Positions 11,334 to 20,876 of a DNA stretch of 64,000 nucleotides are shown here, piece by piece (within the stretch, counting starts at the first letter, position 1; every line of letters starts with the position of its first letter). The stretch spans positions 200,302 through 264,301 of the forward strand of contig JBAYJV010000002.1 in the NCBI GenBank assembly GCA_041664925.1. The letters run 5' to 3'. The notes below the pieces were generated by a model. It had not been told where the DNA came from, searched no databases, and saw only the letters and a program-made list of their open reading frames with translations. The position numbers were made by a program, and so were the translations under genes. Source of the stretch: Minisyncoccota bacterium (GTDB lineage Bacteria; Patescibacteriota; Minisyncoccia; JBAYJV01).

Positions 11334-11357
11334 AAGACTGTCAGTAATGACAGTCTT
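11334..11357. terminator. hairpin between convergent fmt and 11384 ORF
   Basis: AAGACTGTCA-gtaa-TGACAGTCTT followed by T-rich tail. Confidence 0.7.
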
Positions 11358-11383
11358 TTGTTTTAATTAAAAGAGGGAGGAGA

Positions 11384-11824
11384 CTACACTCCTCCCTTCT
11401 TGTCCTCGCCTTCTTCGGCGGAACACGGCACCTTGTATCGCACCATCTTCCGGATTCCTACAAATAGAAGGATGGCGACAATCACGAACACTAGCCACCA
11501 GAATCCCTGCCAAAGCCATGGAAAGAACCATGACAGGCTTCCAGGGTCGCCAGCTCCCTGCGCCCTTACCATTGACCCAGAAAGCGCAGGAAGAATGACA
11601 AACACGACCAGTGCTTCAAGCGCCGAGAGAGCTGCCACCGTGAACCACTTTTCGTCTCTCGACATCGGCTTCTTCTTGAAGATCTTTCCAATTCTCTCGT
11701 CAATAACCTCTTTGCTACCCTTGAGAATGTCGACTTTTTCGGTCTTCCTCGGTAGTCTTCTGCCCCGCAGAAGATAGCCGATAAAAAGTCCGACTCCAAA
11801 AACGAGAAGAATTACCCAGATCAT
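11384..11824 (-). CDS. hypothetical membrane protein (3 TM), GC-rich
   Basis: Three hydrophobic segments; GGAAGGAGG SD; upstream TTGATT/TATAAT promoter. Confidence 0.8.
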   Translation of the reverse strand: MIWVILLVFGVGLFIGYLLRGRRLPRKTEKVDILKGSKEVIDERIGKIFKKKPMSRDEKWFTVAALSALEALVVFVILPALSGSMVRAQGAGDPGSLSWFFPWLWQGFWWLVFVIVAILLFVGIRKMVRYKVPCSAEEGEDKKGGV

Positions 11825-11994
11825 TCCGCCTCCTTCCTTTGAGTGTTTGAATGTGAGAAACCTAACTTCCTCTTCACTATCTATTATACCACAAACTTAT
11901 TAAAAAATCAATACTTTATACCTTGGCACAAGTTATTTTGTATAAAAAAAGAAGGTTCGCTTGCTGGCGAACCTTCATCTCATACGTTCCTGGG

Positions 11995-12210
11995 TCAAGT
12001 AGATATTGTCACTTCGACCAGCTCCACCGCTCCCTCAGGAAGGAGATCTTCGAGTCGCTTGACTTGAGCGCACTCGTAGGGCGTTCCTTCGCAGGGATCT
12101 TCGGAACTGAATCTCGCTCGACCTTCGCTTCTTTCGACAGGTTTCGGGCACCCCTGTCTGTGAGCACTCAGATGAGAGAAAGAAACTCCTCGATGCTTGC
12201 TTCGCGACAC
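11995..12210 (-). CDS. hypothetical small protein, GC-rich
   Basis: AAAGGAGG precedes GTG at 12210; promoter TTGACT..TACAAT near 12387-12360; terminator-like hairpin near 11950-11975. Confidence 0.6.
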   Translation of the reverse strand: MSRSKHRGVSFSHLSAHRQGCPKPVERSEGRARFSSEDPCEGTPYECAQVKRLEDLLPEGAVELVEVTIST

Positions 12211-12442
12211 GTCTTTTCCTCCTTTGCGTTTTGGGTCCATGATTGGACCGCTAATGCTGGAGAGGAAAGGAGGTTTTTAAAGTACAATTTTAACTTTGTC
12301 CTCTCCAACATTAGAGATCTAATATTTGTTTAGAAAGTGCTTTTCACATTACAATTCCATTGTAGCATATATTATATCAAAAGTCAAGAAAAACAGTAGT
12401 TATTTGAAAAATAACTACTGTTTTTATAATTTATAATTGAAA

Positions 12443-13237
12443 TTATCGCTTGATGTAGGCCTTATTTTTTATTCGAAGATCAATGTATTCAATGCGATCA
12501 GTTAGCAAAATCTTTTTTTCTAAAATCAATACATTAAAAACACGGAATTGATTAGTAACATCAACTTTCGGATCAAAATAGAGCTTCCATCCATTGGTTA
12601 ATTGCATAATAAAATCGTAGTTCTGATTTATGATCGTTATATTTTCAATAACAAGTTCAGGTATTTTTTTGAGCTCTTCTTGCAAAGAAAGCAAACCCGA
12701 AACAAGATTTGTGTCACCGACAGTTCCTCCAAGTCCAAGCCCAAGGGAAGCTGTATCAGTAACTTCTATAATGAAAGGGCCTTTGCTTTCTGGGGATTTA
12801 CGAAAAAGATAACCATTGCTATCAAAATAGAAACAACTATTTTCAGGATTATTATTGCACCAGATACCTGCTTTTTGCCGCTCTTTGATAGTCATTACGA
12901 AATTACCAAATGGGTTTTCTTTCCAATTGGGTTTAATTTGAATATTTTCAATTTCTAAAAAATGTTTTTTGAAAACCTTTTCCAGATAATTTGATTTTAT
13001 AAGAGCGATAAAGAAATTGTCTTGACGAAAGAAAAACCATTTTTTTTGAAATTCAATTTGAATAAGTTGATTTAAGGACTTAGTATCAACCATTTGCGCG
13101 CCATCTATTTTCCAGTGGGAAATTTTTAAATACGGATTAAAAAAAAGAAGGAAAATACTTCCACCAAAAATAATACAAAACAAAATAATTTTCAGCAAGA
13201 AATATTTTCTCATCTTTAATACAAAGTGATTTTTCAA
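12443..13237 (-). CDS. cell division protein FtsQ/DivIB-like
   Basis: N-terminal TM, POTRA-like segment, IKER, C-terminal EYIDLRIKNKAYIK; start may be 13213. Confidence 0.75.
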   Translation of the reverse strand: MKNHFVLKMRKYFLLKIILFCIIFGGSIFLLFFNPYLKISHWKIDGAQMVDTKSLNQLIQIEFQKKWFFFRQDNFFIALIKSNYLEKVFKKHFLEIENIQIKPNWKENPFGNFVMTIKERQKAGIWCNNNPENSCFYFDSNGYLFRKSPESKGPFIIEVTDTASLGLGLGGTVGDTNLVSGLLSLQEELKKIPELVIENITIINQNYDFIMQLTNGWKLYFDPKVDVTNQFRVFNVLILEKKILLTDRIEYIDLRIKNKAYIKR

Positions 13238-13239
13238 AA

Positions 13240-14541
13240 TTATTCAGTACCAAAATCTGTTGGCATTTCTTCTAAATTGATTTTGACGGTTTTTGTTTTT
13301 CCTTTTGATAAAATCTTAAGAGTTATTTGGCTGCCAACTTTTTGATTAAATACTGCTTTGGAAAGAGTATAGGTTTCGTCTATTTTTTTACCATTAAATT
13401 CAAGAATAATGTCGTTTTCCAAGAGACCAGCTTTGTCAGCTGGACTTCCCGGCATCACCGCCAATTGAGTTTGAGTATCGCCTCTGACTATTAATGCGCC
13501 ATAATCAACAGAAAGTTTGTTTTCTTGTTGGATAGTTTTGTCAATCAAAACATATCTAACCCCTAAATATGGATAAACGATCTTTCCTGTTTTTATCATC
13601 GTCTCGACATTGTTTTTGGCCACATTAATTGGAATAGCAAATCCGATATTTTCTGCTCCGATGGCCATAGCAGTATTTACGCCAATAACTTCACCGTAAA
13701 TATTTAGCAAAGGTCCGCCAGAATTTCCACGATTAATAGCAGCATCAGTCTGAATAACTTGATCTAATGTTTCAGAACTAGCTCCCGTAGAGGCGTCGAG
13801 CTTCCTTTTAAGTCCAGAGATAACTCCAACATTAACAGAGTTACTAAATTCTCCGAGAGCATTGCCAATCGTAATCGCAGTTTGACCAATTTCAATTTTA
13901 TCAGAATCACCAAACTTTAGAGGTTTAAGCTTCAGTCCTTTTACGCGAATAAATGCTAAATCCTGAACAGGGTCTAGAAATATAATCTTGGCATCATATT
14001 TTTTACCATCATTGGTAACAGCCGTATAATCAGCGTTCTTGTCTGAGACAACATGTCGATTTGTCAAAATCAAGCCGTCAGTTCCTACAACAAAACCAGT
14101 TCCTCCGCCGATTTCAACTTTACCAGATTCATCTTGAGAAAGATTGAGATCAAGTGGCCCAAAAAATCCTTCGAATGGAGTTCCCTTGAAGAAATCTTGA
14201 AGAGGAGTGTTAGTATAGTCTTCCAATTTAGGAAGATCCTTGCTGACTACAATACTAACAACAGAAGGACTCGTGTCATTTATAATTTTTACAATTTGAT
14301 TTTGATAATCAACGGCTCTGCTTTCAATACCTTGGTCTGAGTTTTTGCTTTCTAATTGATTTTCGTTTCCTGAAATTGTTCCTTGGGAGATTTTATTTCC
14401 GTTAATTTTAACGAATATCTTAAAAGCTGCGAATCCAGAAACAAAACCAATAATTACAGATACAACAAGAGAGATAATAATGACGCTAATAAATGTGTGT
14501 TTGTGAAAAAATGTTTTTTCTAATTTTGATTTGTTAATCAT
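13240..14541 (-). CDS. HtrA/DegP-family serine protease with PDZ domain
   Basis: GTGFVV, TNRHVV, DLA, QTDAAINRGNSGGPL, PDZ GSPADKAGL. Confidence 0.95.
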   Translation of the reverse strand: MINKSKLEKTFFHKHTFISVIIISLVVSVIIGFVSGFAAFKIFVKINGNKISQGTISGNENQLESKNSDQGIESRAVDYQNQIVKIINDTSPSVVSIVVSKDLPKLEDYTNTPLQDFFKGTPFEGFFGPLDLNLSQDESGKVEIGGGTGFVVGTDGLILTNRHVVSDKNADYTAVTNDGKKYDAKIIFLDPVQDLAFIRVKGLKLKPLKFGDSDKIEIGQTAITIGNALGEFSNSVNVGVISGLKRKLDASTGASSETLDQVIQTDAAINRGNSGGPLLNIYGEVIGVNTAMAIGAENIGFAIPINVAKNNVETMIKTGKIVYPYLGVRYVLIDKTIQQENKLSVDYGALIVRGDTQTQLAVMPGSPADKAGLLENDIILEFNGKKIDETYTLSKAVFNQKVGSQITLKILSKGKTKTVKINLEEMPTDFGTE

Positions 14542-14564
14542 AGTTTAAAAAAAACACAAATTCA

Positions 14565-15368
14565 TTAGTGTAGAATTTCATAGGTCAAATAAACACTCAC
14601 ATTTACATTATTGGTGCCCGGCTGTATTGTGGGCGCAATGGAAGACATTTCTTCTTTCATTCCTCCGCCAATTCCATAATCATAGTAAGGTTGAGGAGTA
14701 TTTCCAGATTCAGAAAAATTAATAACATCCCCAAGACTTATGCCCAGCTGTCGAGCAAGAACCTTGGCTTTTTCTTGAGCATTTTTAATTGCTAAACCTC
14801 TTGCCTCAGAACGAGCCTTAACTTCATCGTCTATAATAAAGCTTAATCCGCCTATTTGGTTTGCTCCCAAGTCTGTGGCTTTTTGAATAGCAGTGCTGAT
14901 TTTGGAAAAATCTCTAATTTTTGCCTGAAGATTCTGGCTAACTTCATAACCAGTTAAAGTTGATTTTCCGCTCTGCGGATTGTAATCGTATTTCGGATAA
15001 ATTGAATAATTAGTGGTTTTAAAATCTTTTTCTTTAATACCAATTTCTTTAAGAGTGGAAATAATTTGATTCATAACTTTAGAACTTTCGTCTTGGGCTT
15101 GGGCAATATTTTTTGAATCTTTAGCGACGCCTAAACTTATAAGAGCAACGTCTGGTTTGATGTCAGTTTCGGCTTCGCCAGTCACTACTATCGTGTCCCT
15201 TAATTGCTGATTAGTAACACGACCATTGCTTTGAATTTGAGAAATTTTATAGGCAACTGATGCACCTATATATACTAGGACAAAAACAATGAGAACAGCG
15301 ATTAAGTTCATTGCAATTTTGCTTTTCTTTATAATGTCTAACATAGGTTTAAAATTACTAATTAACAT
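14565..15368 (-). CDS. SIMPL (DUF541) domain protein
   Basis: VTGEA...PDVALISLGV, T.NYSIYPKYDY, GANQIGGLSF, ARGLAIKNAQEKAKVLA. Confidence 0.9.
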   Translation of the reverse strand: MLISNFKPMLDIIKKSKIAMNLIAVLIVFVLVYIGASVAYKISQIQSNGRVTNQQLRDTIVVTGEAETDIKPDVALISLGVAKDSKNIAQAQDESSKVMNQIISTLKEIGIKEKDFKTTNYSIYPKYDYNPQSGKSTLTGYEVSQNLQAKIRDFSKISTAIQKATDLGANQIGGLSFIIDDEVKARSEARGLAIKNAQEKAKVLARQLGISLGDVINFSESGNTPQPYYDYGIGGGMKEEMSSIAPTIQPGTNNVNVSVYLTYEILH

Positions 15369-15686
15369 ATATATTATTTATTACGAAATTTTTGTGTGAT
15401 TGTAACATATTATATCATAAAAATTATTAAGATTAAAAGTTCTTTTATGGTCATCAATTAAAATAAGAAAACTGCCGCGAATTGGGCATTATCCCCAAAA
15501 ACCCTTGACTTGGTTATTGGCCTATGGTAACCTAGGTTCCACTAAGAAAAAAGTGGTTTTTTTATAAAGAATGAAGGAAGTTCTCTTTAGTTGAGGTTCA
15601 TTCTTAAAAAGTAACTTACTACCATTAGTATTAACCGACAACTTAATAGCTTAAAGAAACTGCTGACAGTAAGAATAAAATCAAGA

Positions 15687-16667
15687 ATGGCAGCGGTTGT
15701 TTTATTTTCTTTCGTTTTTTGTCTTATTAGTGGTATTATCGTTAGTCAGGCGAGCAAATTTTCTACCCAAAAACTTGCATCTCAAGGGCTAAATTATGCC
15801 AAAGTGTCAAAAATTCTGACAGGCCAGGGAGGTAACGACGAAAACGCAACATCGACAGAGCAAGATGGTATTTTAACTATTTGGGATAATAGCCTCTTAG
15901 GATACAGTATTCCTTCTATAGCTCCAGATATGGTTATGAATCGAAAAGAAATTGTTGAATATACTGTTAAGACAGGAGATACCCTCTCAACGATCGCGGA
16001 TGAGTACGGAGTTTCTTTGAACACTCTTCTTTGGACAAACAAATTGACAGCCAAGTCATCAATCAAACCAGGCCAAACAATAGAGATTTTGCCAATATCA
16101 GGGACAAAGCATACGGTTAAAAGTGGAGAAAATATTTCTTTGATTGCTAAAAAATATAACGTCTCTGCGGAAAACATTATTGAATTTAATGATTTACCAG
16201 CCGATGCTTTTATAAGTATTGGCGACGAATTGGTTATTCCCGGAGGAACGCCTCCCGTGGTCGCCCCGCCAAAGAAAACATATTACGCAAGCTATGTTTC
16301 AACTGATAATAAAATATCTGCAGGATATTTCATTTATCCAACCTCAGGTCGTAATTGGGGAGTCCTTCATAATGTTAATGCTGTTGATATTGCTAATAGT
16401 TGCAGAACTCCGATATATGCTGCTGCTGCCGGAACAATTATTATCGCCGATAGTGTTGGCTGGAACAGTGGTTATGGAAATTATGTAAAAATTCACCATC
16501 CAAACGGAGTCGAAACTCTCTATGGTCATTTTAGCGAGATTGTTGTTTCTATAGACGATAAAGTTGAGCAGGGCGATTTAATTGGTTACATGGGAACAAC
16601 TGGTCATTCAACAGGATGTCATCTTCATTTTGAAGTCAGGGGAGCGAAGAATCCTTTTGTAAGATAA
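15687..16667 (+). CDS. LysM-repeat M23 peptidase
   Basis: Two LysM repeats (YTVKTGDTLSTIA, HTVKSGENISLIA); HxxxD, YGH, STGCHLHFEV. Confidence 0.93.
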   Translation: MAAVVLFSFVFCLISGIIVSQASKFSTQKLASQGLNYAKVSKILTGQGGNDENATSTEQDGILTIWDNSLLGYSIPSIAPDMVMNRKEIVEYTVKTGDTLSTIADEYGVSLNTLLWTNKLTAKSSIKPGQTIEILPISGTKHTVKSGENISLIAKKYNVSAENIIEFNDLPADAFISIGDELVIPGGTPPVVAPPKKTYYASYVSTDNKISAGYFIYPTSGRNWGVLHNVNAVDIANSCRTPIYAAAAGTIIIADSVGWNSGYGNYVKIHHPNGVETLYGHFSEIVVSIDDKVEQGDLIGYMGTTGHSTGCHLHFEVRGAKNPFVR

Positions 16668-16830
16668 GCTTCAAATTTTCAATTATCAATATATGTTGAT
16701 AAAACGGCTAAGCCGTTTTTTTTATTCACTAGTTTGTAGTTTTCTAATGTAGAGTGTTTTTTGTACTTAATATGTTTTAAAAAATTAAGATGCATGGTAA
16801 AATGGCGGTAAAGAAAGAGAGGTGAAAAAA

Positions 16831-16989
16831 ATGAAATTAACAAATAAACAAATTACCGCTGTCATCGCTATTATTATTGGTATTTTAGTTCTAATTTTCC
16901 CCAATTTTCTTAATGCTCTTGTTGCTCTGTTTTTAATAGCTTACGGAATTATCAGTTTAATACCATCAAAGAAAAAGGCTAAAAAATAA
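16831..16989 (+). CDS. small membrane protein (DUF3096-like), missed by ORF track
   Basis: GAGGTG SD then MKLTNKQITAVIAIIIGILVLIFPNFLNALVALFLIAYGIISLIPSKKKAKK; terminator GGAGCTTC..GGAGCTCTTTTTT. Confidence 0.8.
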   Translation: MKLTNKQITAVIAIIIGILVLIFPNFLNALVALFLIAYGIISLIPSKKKAKK

Positions 16990-17106
16990 TCATCAAAAAA
17001 AGGAGCTTCTGTAGGAGCTCTTTTTTAATTGACAAAAAGGATAGTCAATATTAATATAATAGAATTGGTTCTTTTAAATAAACTCTTACAAGGTAAGGGA
17101 GGAGTG

Positions 17107-17334
17107 ATGACATTGGTCCGACGAATCAAACAGAGCCCAAATACCTCAGCAGCGTGTTTAGTTTTTGGTGTATTTGTTCTCACTCTCGGAGTCGAATATT
17201 TTGTGACAACTAGAGATGTTTTGTCAATATCAATATCAATATCAATACCTTTAACCATTTGCTGTATTCTTGATTTGTTTTGTGATTCTATTGAATCACA
17301 AAGAATAAAGAGAGACAAAAGGAGTGTGCTATGA
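17107..17334 (+). CDS. small 2-TM protein, paralog 1
   Basis: GGGAGGAG SD before ATG 17107; the ORF-track start at 17029 is the -35 box. Confidence 0.7.
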   Translation: MTLVRRIKQSPNTSAACLVFGVFVLTLGVEYFVTTRDVLSISISISIPLTICCILDLFCDSIESQRIKRDKRSVL

Positions 17335-17552
17335 AGATTAAGCGCTGGTTTGTAAAAAAAGTTATTGAGAATAAGCTTGTGTCTACGCTGTGTCTTATTC
17401 TCGCCATTATTCTGCTTTCTGTTGATATCTATTATACTTTGTTACTTTTTAGGCTGACATGGTTTATACTTTTAATGGCGTTCATCTCTGGTTTCCTTTT
17501 GTGGTTCGATGCAAAATGTGAATCGCATCGCGCAAAGCTAAAATTAGATTAA
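17331..17552 (+). CDS. small 2-TM protein, paralog 2
   Basis: AGGAG SD; ends CESHRAKLKLD. Confidence 0.75.
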   Translation: MKIKRWFVKKVIENKLVSTLCLILAIILLSVDIYYTLLLFRLTWFILLMAFISGFLLWFDAKCESHRAKLKLD

Positions 17553-17797
17553 AAGGAGAAAATATGAATAAGAAAATCTGTCGACAGTTTGTGAAAAGAA
17601 TTGTTGAAAGCGAATTTATGTTTATTACATGTATAGGAATCTCCTTTAGCTTGCTGGCTGTTGATGTATTCTACGCCTTATTGGTCCGTAAAATAACACT
17701 CCTTGCGGCGATTATAATGTTAATTGGTTGTCTTCTTATAGTTTTTGGCGGAACGTGTGAATCGCATCGCGCAAAGCTAAAATTAGATTAAAAGGAG
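17517..17797 (+). repeat. exact 42-bp direct repeat (17517-17558 and 17756-17797)
   Basis: TGTGAATCGCATCGCGCAAAGCTAAAATTAGATTAAAAGGAG occurs twice. Confidence 0.95.
17564..17791 (+). CDS. small 2-TM protein, paralog 3
   Basis: AGGAG SD; ends CESHRAKLKLD. Confidence 0.75.
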   Translation: MNKKICRQFVKRIVESEFMFITCIGISFSLLAVDVFYALLVRKITLLAAIIMLIGCLLIVFGGTCESHRAKLKLD

Positions 17798-17802
17798 GAA
17801 AA

Positions 17803-18027
17803 ATGGATGAGGAAGTAATGGGTGTTATCAGTTCAGCAATCGCTGGATTTGGAGAACAAGCCAACATTGCCTCAAATGTAGCACGCGACAAGATAGCAGT
17901 AAAGATTATCGAGGAACTAGAAGATCATGGTTTCTTAATTGTTCCCGCTGCTTCATCTGGTTCTTTCCTGCGCAAAAGAGAAAAACCACCCGATTCTTTC
18001 GTTCGAGACCCTTCGGATATAGGATAG
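17803..18027 (+). CDS. hypothetical protein
   Basis: AGGAGG SD; followed by terminator AGCCGAGCA..TGCTCGGCT-TTTTT. Confidence 0.7.
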   Translation: MDEEVMGVISSAIAGFGEQANIASNVARDKIAVKIIEELEDHGFLIVPAASSGSFLRKREKPPDSFVRDPSDIG

Positions 18028-18063
18028 TACAAAGCCGAGCATAAGCTGCTCGGCTCTTTTTTC

Positions 18064-18152
18064 TAATTTCATCTCTGAGTAAAACGAAGAGAAATGAAAT
18101 TAAGAATCCGCCGAAGCCCTGTCTGCGGCAGGCAGGTTACGCGTAGGCGGAT
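18064..18152. repeat. composite REP-like element (homolog at 21178-21263)
   Basis: TAATTTC..GAAATTA hairpin followed by CCGCCGAAGC[CCTGTCTGCGGCAGGCAGG]TTACGCGTAGGCGG. Confidence 0.85.
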
Positions 18153-18176
18153 AATTTTCTACCATCACTTTGTACT

Positions 18177-19799
18177 TTAAACTTTTAACTTTAAATTTTT
18201 AGTCATATATGTTCCTTCCAGTTTATATCCCAACTTTTTATAATATTCTCTCACTCCAATTCCCGAAATTACTGCAATTTTTTTAGCACCAAATTCTTCT
18301 TTTGAAATCCTTTCCGCTTCAATCATAAGTTTCTTGCCAAGTCCTTTGTGCTGAGAGGCTTGTTTTGTTTTATTATTAAGGGCAACAACATTGCCATGGG
18401 TATGAAGCTCTCTGATAATTGTGGCACCGGTTAATTCTTCTATAAAATGTTTTTTGGATTGTAAGAATTGAGAAGGAATCCGTAGGCGAAGTAGGGCATA
18501 GAGGTGTTTTCTTTTTTTATCTTCAAAACTTAAGAAGATCTCTTTACCGCTAGAAGCATCATATTCTCGTCTAACCAATTCAATATTTTTATCATAAATT
18601 TCTTCACGGATTTCACGGCAACGAATACATTGGCAAGAAATGGATTGTCTTTTCATTTCCCTGGCAATATCTTGCCTCAAGTTTGAAACCTCAGATCCAG
18701 CGACAATGTCCTGAAGCGGAATATCGCGAATCACTCTGGTAATCCGAACGTAAGGAGGAATAATTTTTTTAATCCTGATAATTAAATCGATTAATTTTTT
18801 GCTAGTATATGGTTTATATTTACCAGCTTTCCATAATTTATATAAAGGCGCAGTTTTTAAAACCGATGTCGGATAGATTTTAAGCCAATCTGGTTGAAAT
18901 CTTTCATTAAAAAATAATATTTTAAACATCTGTTCATCTTTTTTCGTGCTTGATCCCGGCAAATCTAGCATTATATGATAGTTAACTTTAAATCCTGAAT
19001 CTTTTAAAAGCTTAGTCGCATCAATAATTTCCTCGATGCCATGTCCTCGTTTATTATATTTCAAAACATCATCGTAAACTGACTCAACTCCCAGTTCAAC
19101 TCTCGTTACGCCTAAACGACGCAATCTCATAATCTCTTTTTCATTTATATAGTCTGGCCTGGTCTCAATCGTTAAACCGACAATTCTGTGCTTTGCTGTT
19201 TCATTAATCTTCTGAACTGTTTTTAAATTTTGAATTTTTAACTTTAATTTTTCATTTTTCACTTTAAACTTTTCATTTGTTCCGTTCGCTCCCTCAAAGC
19301 ACCTTTTAATGAAATAGTTTTGGTAATTTTTTGTATAATACGACCATGTTCCGCCTAAAATAATTAATTCAATTTTATCGGCATTATGGCCTTGTGCCTC
19401 CAAGCTTTCAATGCGACGCTTTACCTGTAAATACGGATCAAATTTAAGCGTAAGTGCTCTGGCTGCAGCTGGTTCATTTTTTAAATAACTTTTCGGCATG
19501 CCAATTTCTTTCGGACAAAAAATGCATTTTCCCGGACATTCGTAGGGCTTGGTCAAAACTGTCACCGAAACAATGCCTGATAAACTTCTGATGGGGGCAG
19601 CGCGTAAAAGTTTCTCAAAATATTTATCAAGCGAATCTGTCCTTTTTTTATAATTTTCTCGGTAATATTTAAGAATGCTTGAATTTTTGGGAAAATCGTT
19701 ATTTTTAAATTTTAAAACCGCCTCGCGCTTTAATTCAAAAACCTGCCTAGTTGTCGTAGGTTTTAATTTTATGATTTGTTTGGTAAGATAAGAAAGCAC
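18177..19799 (-). CDS. elp3: Elp3-family tRNA U34 carboxymethyltransferase (radical SAM + GNAT)
   Basis: RSLSGIVSVTV, CPGKCIFCP, MPKSY, GGTW, IETRPD, PDWLKIYP, RVIRDIP, CQCIRCREI, IRELH, QHKGLGKKL, ISGIGVREYY. Confidence 0.93.
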   Translation of the reverse strand: MLSYLTKQIIKLKPTTTRQVFELKREAVLKFKNNDFPKNSSILKYYRENYKKRTDSLDKYFEKLLRAAPIRSLSGIVSVTVLTKPYECPGKCIFCPKEIGMPKSYLKNEPAAARALTLKFDPYLQVKRRIESLEAQGHNADKIELIILGGTWSYYTKNYQNYFIKRCFEGANGTNEKFKVKNEKLKLKIQNLKTVQKINETAKHRIVGLTIETRPDYINEKEIMRLRRLGVTRVELGVESVYDDVLKYNKRGHGIEEIIDATKLLKDSGFKVNYHIMLDLPGSSTKKDEQMFKILFFNERFQPDWLKIYPTSVLKTAPLYKLWKAGKYKPYTSKKLIDLIIRIKKIIPPYVRITRVIRDIPLQDIVAGSEVSNLRQDIAREMKRQSISCQCIRCREIREEIYDKNIELVRREYDASSGKEIFLSFEDKKRKHLYALLRLRIPSQFLQSKKHFIEELTGATIIRELHTHGNVVALNNKTKQASQHKGLGKKLMIEAERISKEEFGAKKIAVISGIGVREYYKKLGYKLEGTYMTKNLKLKV

Positions 19800-19806
19800 T
19801 ATAATA

Positions 19807-19930
19807 AATCCGAAGCACGAAATTAGAAATACGAAACAAATTCAAATGTTTAAAATCCTAAATTAAAAATTGTTTTAAATTTTTAAAATTAGAATTTAGA
19901 TATTGTTTCGAATTTCGATATTCGAATTTT
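19807..19930. repeat. 7-nt periodic imperfect inverted repeat (homolog at 34877-35025)
   Basis: AAATCCGAAGCACGAAATTAGAAATACGAAACAAATTC ... ATTGTTTCGAATTTCGATATTCGAATTT. Confidence 0.75.
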
Positions 19931-19937
19931 TCAAGAA

Positions 19938-20609
19938 ATGAATATAGAAACTGCAAAAAATATTTTAAACGATAACAAAAATACTTGGAACAATATTGCC
20001 GAGAAATTTGAATTGACCCGCCATCGTGTTTGGGATTTGGAACCTTTGGCAGATTATGCAAAATCCGGTATGAAAACTTTGGACTTAGGTTGCGGCAATG
20101 GCCGGCTTTATGAAATCCTTAAAAATAAAGAAATTGAATATACTGGTGTTGATATTTCAGAAAATCTAATTAATATTGCTAGGGCAAAATATCCAAAAAT
20201 TGAATTTTTAGTTGGTGATGGAATAGAATTGCCGTTCAGAGATTATTCATTTGATATTGTTTATTCAGTCGCTGTTTTTCATCATCTTCCGTCCAAAACA
20301 CTGAGAGTTCAATTTTTAAAAGAGGTAAAACGAGTTTTAAAAAAAGACGGTAAAATAATTTTGATTGTCTGGAATCTCTGGCAAAGAAAATATTTTAAAT
20401 TACTTGTCAAATCTAGTTTATTAAAAGTTTTACACAAAAGCAAGCTTGACTGGGGCGATTTATATATCCCATGGCAAAACCAATACCAAAGATATCACCA
20501 TGCCTTCACAAAAAAAGAATTAAAAAAACTTTTTATTAAAGCAGGACTTAGCATCGAAAAATCCAAATCTCAAAAAAGAAATATATTAATTATTGGAAAA
20601 AATATATAA
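19938..20609 (+). CDS. class I SAM-dependent methyltransferase, Trm9/ALKBH8-like
   Basis: IAEKFELTRHRVW, LDLGCGNGR, SVAVFHHL, EVKRVLK.DG...VW, D..IPW, QRYHHAFT..EL. Confidence 0.85.
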   Translation: MNIETAKNILNDNKNTWNNIAEKFELTRHRVWDLEPLADYAKSGMKTLDLGCGNGRLYEILKNKEIEYTGVDISENLINIARAKYPKIEFLVGDGIELPFRDYSFDIVYSVAVFHHLPSKTLRVQFLKEVKRVLKKDGKIILIVWNLWQRKYFKLLVKSSLLKVLHKSKLDWGDLYIPWQNQYQRYHHAFTKKELKKLFIKAGLSIEKSKSQKRNILIIGKNI

Positions 20610-20645
20610 GCTATTGACAAAAGGTAAAAAAATAATATAATAGAT

Positions 20646-20801
20646 ACTAGAGACTGAGGATGGCTTGAGACGTCAAACCAACAATCCTCATTTCTATTGC
20701 ATTATCTAGTCGCGGTTCTCTTTGCGGAGAGAATCATTGGCAAAAGGACGCTTTTGTCGGATTAACAACGGCAGCGAGTGCGCTCGCTGCCTTTTCTTTT
20801 T
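20646..20801 (+). ncRNA. candidate structured ncRNA 1 (unknown family)
   Basis: TTGACA(20614)/TATAAT(20636) promoter, three hairpins, terminator GGCAGCGAG-tgcg-CTCGCTGCC-TTTTCTTTT, no credible ORF. Confidence 0.6.
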
Positions 20802-20876
20802 CAAAAAAAACGATCTCAAAAGACTGTTAAATCATAATAGGTATTGACAAAAAATTATTATATGCTATAGTGGATA

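Noticed and set aside
17517-17797. 42-bp direct repeat as a CRISPR array
   Set aside because: Only two copies, ~197-bp coding spacer, no cas operon; no regularly spaced array was seen anywhere in the window.
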